A DNA stretch of 64,000 nucleotides. It comes from an uncultured virus (IMG/VR IMGVR_UViG_3300011871_000052). Lineage: Duplodnaviria; Heunggongvirae; Uroviricota; Caudoviricetes. The notes under the pieces were generated by a model. It searched no databases. It saw nothing but the letters and a program-made list of their open reading frames with translations, and was not told where the DNA came from. Of the stretch, positions 6,927-16,661 are shown in pieces; the first letter of the stretch is position 1; each line of letters begins with the position of its first letter. Where the stretch lies: the IMG/VR virus record IMGVR_UViG_3300011871_000052. One strand, given 5' to 3'. The position numbers and the translations under genes are program-made.

Positions 6927-8729
6927 ATGAAATTAAAGAAGGGGTTTAGCTTACTTGAATTAACATTAGTGCTTGGTATAGGCGTTGCTGTAGCATTTAT
7001 AAAATTTCAAGATATGAAAAATGAACAGGAAAATATAAATGCTGATATAGCAGGGCAAGAGATACAAAGAATAGGAAATGCAGTTAATAATTACATTTCG
7101 CTAAGATATGATAAACTATCAACCTTATCTAATGCCGCTGGAAATGGAACCGATCCGGGGCCAAGAACTTGTTCGGGTAGTATTTGTACTATAACATATC
7201 AAACATTAATAAATGAAGGAATATTACCATCTGGATATGTTCCTAAAAATTCATTTTCATCTACAGATTATACTATCCAACTTAAACGTTCTGGCACCAG
7301 CCCCAATTATGTTATAGATGGCGTGGTTTTAACTAATGCAGCTTGGGTCGAAGGTGGCAGAGTACGTTATGATTTGTTGGGTAAAGCTATGCAATCAGCA
7401 GGAATTGATAGCGCCACTACTAAAACAACATCTCAAATGAATGGTTTTGGAGGAACATGGACATTACAACAAAGTGATTTTTCCGCTATAAATAAACAAG
7501 GACTGTTAGGTTTTAGAGTAGGATATAATGCATCTTTATACTCTGCGTATTTACGCCGTGATGGAACTCTCCCCATGACCGGAAATCTGGACATGGGCGC
7601 TAATGATATATCAAATGCTAAAAACGTAACAGCTTCTGGAACAGGAACATTTGGAGGGGAGGGATATTTTGGCAGTAATGTTAATTCTGGTGGAAATATA
7701 ACAGCAGCAGCTCAGGTTATAGCTCATAATGGTTATGGTGATAAAATAACATTAGGTGGAGATGCCGCTGGAGGAGACTATGAAATAAGATTAGATAATG
7801 GAGCAAGGGGTTTAAGTATATATTCTCCAAATGCTGCAGATTATACTACAGTCTTAAGCGTTTATAAAAACACACAAATACAGCAAAGGCTTGCCACAAA
7901 TGGTTTAAACCCAAATGAAATGCCTCCGGGATTCAGTGCGGGTGGTGTGAGAACAGTTGATGTTGTAGCAACAGGTTCATTTTATTCGATTTTAGCAGGA
8001 ACAACGATTTCAGAAGGAAAATTTGGTTTCTATGCTAGACAAGATGGTAATGTTAAAGCTTCTGGAAATATGACAGTAGATGGTAGAATAAAAACAGGTG
8101 AATATTTAGAAATAGGAAGCGTTGTAACTGCTGGATCCTCGTGTTCTCCAGCAGGATTATTAGGTAGAGATAGTACGGGTCAAGTTTTAAGTTGTAAAGG
8201 TGGAATATGGAGTCCAGAAATGCCTGTAGGCATACCTCAACCTTGGCCTTCTGCAACAATACCAGCAGGATGGTTAGAATGTAATGGTCAAGCCTTTAAT
8301 AAATCGCAGTATCCATTACTTGCTAAAGCATATCCATCTGGTGTTCTTCCAGATTTGAGAGGGCAGTTCATAAGAGGTTTGGATAATGGTAGAGGTAAAG
8401 ACTCAGGAAGAACATTACTCAGTGAGCAAAGAGCTTCTGTAGTAACAGGAACGGATGATAACTGGGCTTCTTCTGATGTTGGAGCGCTGCATGGCCCAAG
8501 TTCAGCATATTCAAGAGACACCATAAATGTTTATGATTATACAACAGGAAGTAATGGTCAAGATCCTAAATATTATCTTGGTTTCGGTGGTTCAACCACA
8601 GGTCCTTCATTGGGAAGTAGTGAATCAGGTAATGGCGGTATACCCTTAGTCAATAATGGTTCTAATGGTTTTTATGGTGGGGCAAGACCAACTAACACCG
8701 CTTTTATGTATATTGTAAGAGCATTATAA
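6927..8729 (+). CDS. pilV: PilV-family adhesin fused to phage tail-collar/tail-fibre tip domain
   Basis: GFSLLE prepilin N-terminus; after VLSCKGGIW comes PVGIPQPWP...GWLECNGQAF...YPLLA...LPDLRGQFIRGLDNGRG. Confidence 0.85.
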   Translation: MKLKKGFSLLELTLVLGIGVAVAFIKFQDMKNEQENINADIAGQEIQRIGNAVNNYISLRYDKLSTLSNAAGNGTDPGPRTCSGSICTITYQTLINEGILPSGYVPKNSFSSTDYTIQLKRSGTSPNYVIDGVVLTNAAWVEGGRVRYDLLGKAMQSAGIDSATTKTTSQMNGFGGTWTLQQSDFSAINKQGLLGFRVGYNASLYSAYLRRDGTLPMTGNLDMGANDISNAKNVTASGTGTFGGEGYFGSNVNSGGNITAAAQVIAHNGYGDKITLGGDAAGGDYEIRLDNGARGLSIYSPNAADYTTVLSVYKNTQIQQRLATNGLNPNEMPPGFSAGGVRTVDVVATGSFYSILAGTTISEGKFGFYARQDGNVKASGNMTVDGRIKTGEYLEIGSVVTAGSSCSPAGLLGRDSTGQVLSCKGGIWSPEMPVGIPQPWPSATIPAGWLECNGQAFNKSQYPLLAKAYPSGVLPDLRGQFIRGLDNGRGKDSGRTLLSEQRASVVTGTDDNWASSDVGALHGPSSAYSRDTINVYDYTTGSNGQDPKYYLGFGGSTTGPSLGSSESGNGGIPLVNNGSNGFYGGARPTNTAFMYIVRAL

Positions 8730-8730
8730 T

Positions 8731-8754
8731 AAAAGGAGGCTGTGCCTCCTTTTT
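8731..8754. terminator. bidirectional intrinsic terminator
   Basis: AAAAGGAGGC-tgt-GCCTCCTTTT. Confidence 0.85.
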
Positions 8755-8759
8755 AAATA

Positions 8760-9500
8760 TTAAATACTAACAATTTTTAAAGGATCGAATTGCTTGTTTT
8801 CTCCATGATACCCACGAGGATTACAAACAATTCTAACAGTGTCACCTAACATATAATCCATAGAATCATGAGTATGTCCATGAATAGCTAAAACTAAGTT
8901 ATCACTATATAGCAATAAGTTAGATAGATTTGATGCCATCCCCGCATTGAATGGAGAGTTAATAAATCTATCAGAGATACTACTTAAAGTAGGAAGATGA
9001 TGTGTAATAAGCACCTTCTTTGTATAATTTTTAGCTAATTCATTTTCAATGAAATAAAGGCTCTTTTCAAACTCTCTTTGATAGTCAGCAATGGATATTA
9101 AATCTGTTTTCTGTTCATTAAAAATCTTTTTAAAGTCACAAAAAGCATTCTTGATCGCAATCTGATTAATCGGATCAGCATTAATATTACTCCATAAAGT
9201 AGAGCCAATAAAATGAACTCCATTAATCTCTATAGTTTCATTATCAAGAATGTAAAGGTTAGGAATGTTTAAAGCTTTCCATGCCTCAACAGTTTCTTTG
9301 ATAGAATAACCTAGAGGTTCATGGTTTCCCATAATCATGATAGTAGTAATCTGAGAAGCGCACTCACGAACAAAATCAGACTGAAAAGTATAAGAACTAA
9401 TGTCTCCTGCTAAAATTAAGATGTCAGCATTTTCCGCTTTTTCGAACTTAAAGCTGTTATCATGCTCTAAATGTAAATCACTCATAATTTGAATATTCAT
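8760..9500 (-). CDS. calcineurin-like metallophosphoesterase
   Basis: SDLH, AGD, GNHE, THH, HGHTH motifs. Confidence 0.9.
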   Translation of the reverse strand: MNIQIMSDLHLEHDNSFKFEKAENADILILAGDISSYTFQSDFVRECASQITTIMIMGNHEPLGYSIKETVEAWKALNIPNLYILDNETIEINGVHFIGSTLWSNINADPINQIAIKNAFCDFKKIFNEQKTDLISIADYQREFEKSLYFIENELAKNYTKKVLITHHLPTLSSISDRFINSPFNAGMASNLSNLLLYSDNLVLAIHGHTHDSMDYMLGDTVRIVCNPRGYHGENKQFDPLKIVSI

Positions 9501-9617
9501 ATTTTAAATCTCTTTTTTAACAGATAGTCAGTATAGCAAAAAGTCTTATTAAATTCAAACCTTGTGTTTCAGTAGATAAAAATGATATTATAGTAAAAAA
9601 TCATCTGGAGGAAAAAC

Positions 9618-9896
9618 ATGGGCGAGTATAAACAAATAGAAACACTTGAAGATTATGATAAGATTGATGATGAACAATGTGTAAAAGGCTATATGTCAGG
9701 ACTTAGTGGAGAAGAGTTACCTTCTCCTCATCTCTACACAAGAAGTTTTTATCATGGATATCTTAATGGTTTAGTTGATAGTGGAAGAAGAAAAATAGAT
9801 AGTAAACAGTTGGAACTTGTATATCAGTTACGTTCAAGTGGCAAATTAAAAGAGTTAGGATTGGTTCTTCAATCATTCATTTCTGTTCAGCATTAG
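9618..9896 (+). CDS. hypothetical protein
   Basis: ORF with GGAGG RBS. Confidence 0.7.
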   Translation: MGEYKQIETLEDYDKIDDEQCVKGYMSGLSGEELPSPHLYTRSFYHGYLNGLVDSGRRKIDSKQLELVYQLRSSGKLKELGLVLQSFISVQH

Positions 9897-9915
9897 TCGA
9901 TCACAGGAGAGTTTA

Positions 9916-10155
9916 ATGAATATAAAAGAAATGATTGAAAATGGATTAGAGATAGTTGTAGATATGAATCCAACAATAGAACAAAATGTAGCGATAAAGT
10001 TTATTTTTGGAAAAATAATGAGTGGAGAAAAAAGAGAGATTTTCGAAGTACCTATAAATTATATTGATAGTATATCTCTTTTACTAAAAGAAAATAATAT
10101 AAAATACAAAATAGAAAATAATAATGAATATGTAAGTAACATTATAAAATTATAG
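9916..10155 (+). CDS. hypothetical protein
   Basis: ORF with AGGAG RBS. Confidence 0.65.
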   Translation: MNIKEMIENGLEIVVDMNPTIEQNVAIKFIFGKIMSGEKREIFEVPINYIDSISLLLKENNIKYKIENNNEYVSNIIKL

Positions 10156-10225
10156 CTTTTATTAGATTAAAAAGCTGTTATAATTTAAAGATATGGAATT
10201 TTTTAATTATAAGGTTTTTAACTAA

Positions 10226-10822
10226 ATGGAAAAGAGTAATTTAAAGTTTGAAGAAGTAAAAAGAGAAAGAACATATGATGGTTTTTTAAAAATAGACAAA
10301 ATTTATTTTAAACAAGAAGATGTTTTTGGAGTATGGACAGAAGAGTTTACCAGAGAAGTTGTATATAGAAGAAATGCTGTTGCAGTATTAATAAGAGATC
10401 CTAAAACAGACACTCTCTTATTTACAAAACAGTTAAGAGCAGGAGCTTATATTCAAGCTGAACCTTGGATATATGAAATGGTAGCAGGATTAATAGACGA
10501 AGATGAAGATAAAATAACGGCCCTTAAAAGAGAAGTAAAAGAAGAAGCTGGTATAGAGAAAATAAGTAATATAAAAGAGATATCGCAATATTATCCATCG
10601 TGCGGAGGATGTTCAGAGAAAGTATTTTTATATTATGCTGAAGCAGATTTAAGTGAGGTTCCTGAATATGGTGGTTGTCCAGAAGAGCATGAAGTTATTG
10701 AAACTCTTGTTATAAGCGTAGATGAAGCTTTTAAATGGCTTGAGCAAGGAAAGTTAGGTACAGCTAATGGACATACAGCATTGTATTGGTTAATGAAAGA
10801 AAGATTACTTAAAAGAATATAA
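10226..10822 (+). CDS. Nudix hydrolase, ADP-ribose pyrophosphatase (NudF-like)
   Basis: Nudix box GLIDEDEDKITALKREVKEEAG, Q-x-R, YPSCGG. Confidence 0.88.
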   Translation: MEKSNLKFEEVKRERTYDGFLKIDKIYFKQEDVFGVWTEEFTREVVYRRNAVAVLIRDPKTDTLLFTKQLRAGAYIQAEPWIYEMVAGLIDEDEDKITALKREVKEEAGIEKISNIKEISQYYPSCGGCSEKVFLYYAEADLSEVPEYGGCPEEHEVIETLVISVDEAFKWLEQGKLGTANGHTALYWLMKERLLKRI

Positions 10823-10937
10823 AAAATAAAAGAGGCTGCGAGCCTCTTTTTTATTTAAAATGCAAATAAAACTTGCTTTATCTTACTTATTGTATTATTA
10901 TCAATAACTATAGAAGATAATAAAAAGGTAGATAAAA

Positions 10938-11519
10938 ATGACTAAACAGCTTGGTTTTAAAGAAGTAGCAAAAGAACGTGCGTATGCTGGTTTTATTAAA
11001 GTAGATAAGTTAACTCTTACTCAAGAGCTTCCTGATGGTAGCTGGACTAAACCGTTTACGCGAGAGTTGATTAATCGTGGTCATGCAGCCGCTGTTCTGA
11101 TTAAAGATCCGGCAACAGAAACATTTTTATTTACTAAGCAATTTCGTCCGGGTAGCTATGCTAATGGTCAGCCGTGGATGTATGAAGTTGTAGCTGGCAT
11201 GTTAGATGGTGATGAAGATCCGGTTGAAACAATCAAACGTGAAAGTATGGAAGAGGCTGGCGTTACAGAGCTTAGTAATATTGAGTTTATTTCTGAATAT
11301 TATCCTTCTTGCGGTGCTTGTAGTGAAAAAGTCAGTCTTTATTATGCGGAAGCGGATTTAAGTAATCTTCCGCGATATGCTGGTTGTTCTAATGAAGATG
11401 AGCTGATTGAGATTTATACTTGTTCAGTAGATGAAGCATTTAAGATGTTGAAAGAAGGCAAGTTAAATGCTGGAACTAATAATATTGCTCTTTATTGGTA
11501 TATGGCTAATAAAAAATAA
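10938..11519 (+). CDS. Nudix hydrolase, NudF-like, tandem paralog
   Basis: Nudix box GMLDGDEDPVETIKRESMEEAG. Confidence 0.88.
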   Translation: MTKQLGFKEVAKERAYAGFIKVDKLTLTQELPDGSWTKPFTRELINRGHAAAVLIKDPATETFLFTKQFRPGSYANGQPWMYEVVAGMLDGDEDPVETIKRESMEEAGVTELSNIEFISEYYPSCGACSEKVSLYYAEADLSNLPRYAGCSNEDELIEIYTCSVDEAFKMLKEGKLNAGTNNIALYWYMANKK

Positions 11520-11663
11520 ATATAAAAAAAATATGAAGCAACCTCCGGGTTGCTTTTTTTTTTGGAAAAAACTGGAAAAATATTTGTTGTAAGTGACACT
11601 TTATTTTGTTACACTTATTTTAAACCAAGAATAAACAAATAAGTAATAAGGAGCCGTATTTTA

Positions 11664-12578
11664 ATGATTAATATTTATACCCATTGTGATTCCTTTCATG
11701 CTGATGAGTTAATGGCAATTGCCTTGTTAGCAAGATTTCATTTTGATGTTTCTGTGGAAGACCTCAACGTTATTCGAACCCGCGATGAAAATATCCTTTC
11801 TGTAGCCAAAAATAGTAATGATTTTGTTATTGATGTTGGTAGAGAATACAATTCTGAAAAATTAAACTTTGATCATCATCAATCAGATCCTAACTTAGTA
11901 TGGGAAAATGGTGGGCCATTATCTTCTTGTGGTCTTATTTTTAGATGGCTAAAAAAAGAAGGAAAACTAAAATCTATTTCAGATTATACGATCTCAAAAT
12001 TAGCAGATTTTGCTTACACTGTTGATCAGCATGATAATGGTAAACAAATTTGGGAAGATAATAAGTTTTTCAGAGCATATAATCATTCTGATGATAGAGT
12101 TATTGAAAATAAACAGTTTAGAAAAGCTTTAAGAGCAGCAGAAGATTATGTGGATAATCTTATCTTTAAAGCTGAGCTAGAAAAAGAAAACAATGAAAAA
12201 ATTGAAAAAGCTATCAAAGAAAGTATTGATAATAATCATGAAGATTTTTTAATTGTATATGATTCATTACCGGGCGGTAGAGATATTGCTGTAGAGAAAT
12301 CGAAAGCAAAATTATATATTGCTGGTTATAAAGATGAAGAAAAAGGATTAATGGAATGGTCAGTAAAATCTATTCCTTCTGATATAAACGATCCCTTTAG
12401 TTCGCGTCAAAGAATGCCTAAAGCATGGTGTGGAGTTGAAGGACAAGCACTGAAAGATATATCCGGTTTTAATCTCCGTTTTTGTCATAAAGGTGGTTTT
12501 ATTTGTGTGTTAGAAGGTTCAGAACAGGAAGTAAAAGAGTTAGCAAAAACCATTATTAATATTGAAAAAGCGGAGTAA
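11664..12578 (+). CDS. MYG1-family (DHH-like) exonuclease
   Basis: TH..SFHADE, RTRD, DVG, FDHHQ, SSCGL, FCHKGGF. Confidence 0.88.
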   Translation: MINIYTHCDSFHADELMAIALLARFHFDVSVEDLNVIRTRDENILSVAKNSNDFVIDVGREYNSEKLNFDHHQSDPNLVWENGGPLSSCGLIFRWLKKEGKLKSISDYTISKLADFAYTVDQHDNGKQIWEDNKFFRAYNHSDDRVIENKQFRKALRAAEDYVDNLIFKAELEKENNEKIEKAIKESIDNNHEDFLIVYDSLPGGRDIAVEKSKAKLYIAGYKDEEKGLMEWSVKSIPSDINDPFSSRQRMPKAWCGVEGQALKDISGFNLRFCHKGGFICVLEGSEQEVKELAKTIINIEKAE

Positions 12579-12582
12579 GAAT

Positions 12583-12885
12583 ATGAGCAATACTAAGATA
12601 AGAAGTTATACAAAAGTAGAATCCAATCCAGAAGAACTAAATTTTTTGTGCTGGTTTCACCAAAATAGATTTGAAAAAGCATTAAGTAAAAATGATAAAT
12701 TTCTAATAATGAAGCAATTTAAACAGGATGTTCATAATTTTCTAAAAGGTGTAGGTAAAAGTAAGTTAAATGAAATGGCATTTAAGCAAGAGTGGGATTT
12801 AATTTTCGAAGAATCATGGCAACAAGGTATGAAAACAAATATAACAGAAGTTGGTTTTATTCTTCATTCAAAACTATCTAAATAG
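12583..12885 (+). CDS. hypothetical protein
   Basis: ATG after GGAG RBS, coupled to the MYG1 gene. Confidence 0.65.
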   Translation: MSNTKIRSYTKVESNPEELNFLCWFHQNRFEKALSKNDKFLIMKQFKQDVHNFLKGVGKSKLNEMAFKQEWDLIFEESWQQGMKTNITEVGFILHSKLSK

Positions 12886-13010
12886 AATAATCAAACTAAA
12901 GAATACCTAAAGCCTGAAATAGAAAACTTCAGGCTTTTTTGTTTTAGTACTATACGGAAAATATTTTACCAAGTATAATAGTAAAATATCATGTTAAAAA
13001 GGATAAATAA

Positions 13011-14219
13011 ATGACTGTAAAAATTAAAGTGCCAGAAACGGATTTTCCATACATTGAAAATCTCTCTCAAATGAAATCGATTTTAGAAGCTAAACCAGAG
13101 TTAAGATTGATAGATAGTGGTCTTGGAACATTATCTGTAGCTTACAATATTTCAGATAGGAACACTTTTAAAGATCCGTTAGCTTGTGAAGCAAGAGGTA
13201 TCACATTTGATAAAGAAACTGGAAATATTATAGGTAGGCCGCTACATAAATTCTTTAACCTTGGAGAAAGAGAGGATACGTTAAAAAATAATGTAAACTT
13301 TTCTGATATTTTTTCTATTTGGGATAAAATAGATGGAACAATGATTTCTCTACATAGAGTTAATGGTAATCTTGCTGTAAAAACCAAGAAAAGTTTTTTG
13401 AGTAATGAAGCTAAAAGAGCAACTCAGTTCTTATCAAAACCAGAAAACCAGAATATTTTAAAGTTCTGTAATGAGTTAGTAGATGAGTTTACGCCAGTAT
13501 TTGAGTTTACAGATCCAGAAAACACAATAGTTATTAGTCATAAAAAAATGGATGTTGTTTTACTTCATGTAAGACATATAAAAACAGGAAGTTATATTCC
13601 TTACAACGATCCTGATCTAACAGCATTAGTAGAAAAATATAATGTAAAAAGATTATCGCCATTAAATCTTAAGCAAACAGAAAAAGGCACTCTTGATATA
13701 GATTCTGTTTTGGAAGATTTAAAAGTTATTGAAGGCATTGAAGGATATGTAATGCAATTTAATGATGGAAGAATGATTAAGATAAAAAGTGATTGGTATA
13801 ATGCTCAACACAGAGCAGAAGCAGGATTAAGAGAAAGAGATGTTGTTAAGATGTTCTTGGATGGTACTCTTGACGATGTTAAGGGGGCTTTAAAAACAGA
13901 CGGCTATGATATTACTAAGCTTGAATCTATAGAAAGTAATGTTCTAGCAGAGCTAAATAAAATGGAAACATATATAACAGAAAAAGTTGAATTATTAAAA
14001 GGGCTGGATATGAAATCTGCGGCTCTTAAGATAAATAATGAGATGCCTAATAATCCATTAAATGGTTTTGTATTAATATCATTAAGAGGTAAAGAACCAG
14101 ATCTAATGACTTATTTTGAAAGAAATAAACTTCAAGATTATAGCTTAGCCTATCTGGAGCTGCCCAAATTAGAAAATGAAAAAGAAGCATCGGTAGTAAG
14201 AAGTAGAAAAATGAAATAA
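13011..14219 (+). CDS. T4 Rnl1 (RnlA)-family RNA ligase
   Basis: EARGI.F, HKFFNLGE, motif I KIDGT, FEF, EGYV, KIKSDWY. Confidence 0.9.
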   Translation: MTVKIKVPETDFPYIENLSQMKSILEAKPELRLIDSGLGTLSVAYNISDRNTFKDPLACEARGITFDKETGNIIGRPLHKFFNLGEREDTLKNNVNFSDIFSIWDKIDGTMISLHRVNGNLAVKTKKSFLSNEAKRATQFLSKPENQNILKFCNELVDEFTPVFEFTDPENTIVISHKKMDVVLLHVRHIKTGSYIPYNDPDLTALVEKYNVKRLSPLNLKQTEKGTLDIDSVLEDLKVIEGIEGYVMQFNDGRMIKIKSDWYNAQHRAEAGLRERDVVKMFLDGTLDDVKGALKTDGYDITKLESIESNVLAELNKMETYITEKVELLKGLDMKSAALKINNEMPNNPLNGFVLISLRGKEPDLMTYFERNKLQDYSLAYLELPKLENEKEASVVRSRKMK

Positions 14220-14313
14220 AATGTTAAGCTGATACGTAAAAATATCAGCTTTTATTTGAATCAGAATTTAATTGTGATATATTTAAACTACATGCGTATT
14301 TAAGGAGTTTATT

Positions 14314-14607
14314 ATGGATTTAAATGTATATTATCACGATAAGAAAATAGCTGAAATAAATGCTCAGTTTTTAAGTTATTTAGAAATAGATGAAGGAAAA
14401 TTGGAAAGTTTAAAAAATCTTATAAAAGATGAGTATGAACTAATGGTTAAAAGGGATAAGAGTTTAAGGCAGTCTGGTTTTGTGCCTGCTGAAATAATTA
14501 CTTCACTTCATAAAACAAAAGATGCTTTATTACAGTTCTGGAGAATGAGAAAAGAAAAGGGTTTATGTAGCTTAAAGGTATATGAGTATAAAATAGAAGA
14601 TTTTTAA
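14314..14607 (+). CDS. hypothetical protein
   Basis: ORF with AGGAG RBS and terminator. Confidence 0.7.
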   Translation: MDLNVYYHDKKIAEINAQFLSYLEIDEGKLESLKNLIKDEYELMVKRDKSLRQSGFVPAEIITSLHKTKDALLQFWRMRKEKGLCSLKVYEYKIEDF

Positions 14608-14641
14608 CAAATAAAGGAGATGTCGGGTCTCCTTTATTATT

Positions 14642-15034
14642 TTAACTGAAAGTTATTTTACCATTTTGACTTTCATTAAGTAATTTAATCAATGGAATAA
14701 AGAGTATTTCATCATCATAACCATCTTGAAAATCATCATGTTTTTTATTATGCTCAACTATAAGAGAATAATGCTCCTTAAACTCTGATATTAAAATATC
14801 TATTTGTTCTTTGTTCCATTCTCCATCAGAATCACTATGTTCAATGAAGTATTTAAAAGAATAAGAGTCATCAGAATACGCAGAAAGAAAGTGATAAAGA
14901 TAATTATTATTACTTACTGTTTCTAATTTTTCATTTTGTATATAAGCAAGAATTAAATATCTCATTCGATTAAAAGCACTATAAGACATATGTATATTTA
15001 TTGTGCTTTTATTTGATTTTAAACAAAGTCCCAT
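14642..15034 (-). CDS. hypothetical phage-type protein
   Basis: SYSAFNRMR and HSDSDGEW motifs typical of a phage hypothetical family. Confidence 0.7.
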   Translation of the reverse strand: MGLCLKSNKSTINIHMSYSAFNRMRYLILAYIQNEKLETVSNNNYLYHFLSAYSDDSYSFKYFIEHSDSDGEWNKEQIDILISEFKEHYSLIVEHNKKHDDFQDGYDDEILFIPLIKLLNESQNGKITFS

Positions 15035-15141
15035 ATTTTATCCTCTTTTTATTATTTATCAATGCTATCATTTTAGCCATCAAAAATCAAAAAAAGGTAG
15101 ATATTAAGTTAATAATATAATACAATATAGCAACTATAAAA

Positions 15142-15744
15142 TTGGAGAAAATAATGATATCTAAACTTAAGTTGGATTATAAATTAAAGCATTTAGATTT
15201 TACTAACACAAAAGATGCTGAATACATGAACCCTGATGAAGATCTAATGGTTTATGATGTTTTTAGTGTAGATATTAAAGTTAATGACAAAGAATTTATT
15301 CCAAGAAATGTGTGTGTAATTAGTTTAGACATTTCTCAAAGAGTATCCGAAGAACAATCTTTATATATTTATAATTGTTCTTGTGGTATTCCGGGATGTG
15401 CTGGTATTTGGTCTCCGATTAAAGTATCCAAAACAATAGATCATATTTTCTGGAAGATGAATAAAGATCATTACGATAAACTGTTATCAAATGAGAGTAA
15501 AAGTTTATTGCAAGAAAAAGATAAAGAATATATTTTAACATTTGAAAGAAAGCAGTATGAAGATGAAGTTATTAATTTAGTAAAAACAATGAAAAATGTA
15601 AGAGAAGAAAATAATCTCCCTATTGTTTTTGAAAATGAAGGGTTTTCTTATATTGAAGATGATATTAAGAATTATGATAACTTTGTAAAAAATGCTTTAG
15701 AAAATGATGATTTCTTAATTGATGATGAGGAATACGAAAATTAA
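15142..15744 (+). CDS. hypothetical protein with CxCGxxGC motif
   Basis: NCSCGIPGCAG; true start may be the next ATG. Confidence 0.7.
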   Translation: MEKIMISKLKLDYKLKHLDFTNTKDAEYMNPDEDLMVYDVFSVDIKVNDKEFIPRNVCVISLDISQRVSEEQSLYIYNCSCGIPGCAGIWSPIKVSKTIDHIFWKMNKDHYDKLLSNESKSLLQEKDKEYILTFERKQYEDEVINLVKTMKNVREENNLPIVFENEGFSYIEDDIKNYDNFVKNALENDDFLIDDEEYEN

Positions 15745-15764
15745 AAAGCCCATAAGGGCTTTTT

Positions 15765-16601
15765 TTAAACGTCTCTACCATTATTCCAATGAAGTTTTTT
15801 ACTAAGTATACTATAAAAGTTCCAATCATCAGGAACTAAGATTTTGGAATCTTTTTCCATTAATTTAATGCTTATTTTCTCACCTGCTGGAATAGTAGAA
15901 GTTAAAATACCATCTGAAAATATTTCAATATCAGTAGTAAAAGTTACATGTAATGTAGATTTTTCATTAAAAATAAGAGGTCTATTACCAAGAACATTAG
16001 GTGCGATCATTAGCATTTGAATAGCTCTAATAGAAGGATCTACAATAGCTCCTCCAGCATTCATATTATAAGCTGTTGAACCAGAAGGAGTGGATAATAA
16101 TAAGGTATTAGCTTTATATAATCCTGTTTTACTAACAATCCCATCTATTTCAGAATCAACAGTAAAGCCAATAACTTGATTTGGATGATGAGCTGTAAAA
16201 GCATATTCATTCACTGCCCCAAAGCGTTTACCATCAAATTCATATTCAAGAATACAGCGTCTTTCTACACGAGGTTTACTATCAAGTTCTAAAAACTTAA
16301 AAATAGAATCATCATTAAGATCACTGATTTCATAAGGGGTTAGAAACCCAACATTCCCCGCATTAATACCAATAACAAGAGAGTCTTTATTGATATATTT
16401 ATGCATAGAATGAAGCATGGTGCCGTCCCCTCCAATAGAAAATACATAATCAACATGATCATCGTTTTCAGATGCTAAAGAAATACCTTTTTTATCCATA
16501 ATAAAGGTAATCTTATCTTTAATACAATTTATGATGTTTTGTTTTTCAATAGTTTCATTATCATAATTAATCTTTAAGTTAATGACATAGTTCTTATTCA
16601 T
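15765..16601 (-). CDS. nadK: NAD(+) kinase
   Basis: GGDGT, GINAGNVGFL, NE, STPSGSTAY...AGG. Confidence 0.9.
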   Translation of the reverse strand: MNKNYVINLKINYDNETIEKQNIINCIKDKITFIMDKKGISLASENDDHVDYVFSIGGDGTMLHSMHKYINKDSLVIGINAGNVGFLTPYEISDLNDDSIFKFLELDSKPRVERRCILEYEFDGKRFGAVNEYAFTAHHPNQVIGFTVDSEIDGIVSKTGLYKANTLLLSTPSGSTAYNMNAGGAIVDPSIRAIQMLMIAPNVLGNRPLIFNEKSTLHVTFTTDIEIFSDGILTSTIPAGEKISIKLMEKDSKILVPDDWNFYSILSKKLHWNNGRDV

Positions 16602-16661
16602 ATTATTATCCTTTTAAACCATACTTATTGTATTATATACACTAACTTAAATAAAAAGCAA

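Noticed and set aside
4778..8729. Classical shufflon (sfx repeats plus Rci)
   Set aside because: The DNA at the two C-x-x-G-x-W junctions differs, and there are no silent C-terminal cassettes or recombinase in the window.
8200..8729. Prophage tail gene
   Set aside because: The collar domain is fused in frame to a pilin-type protein and no other virion genes are present.
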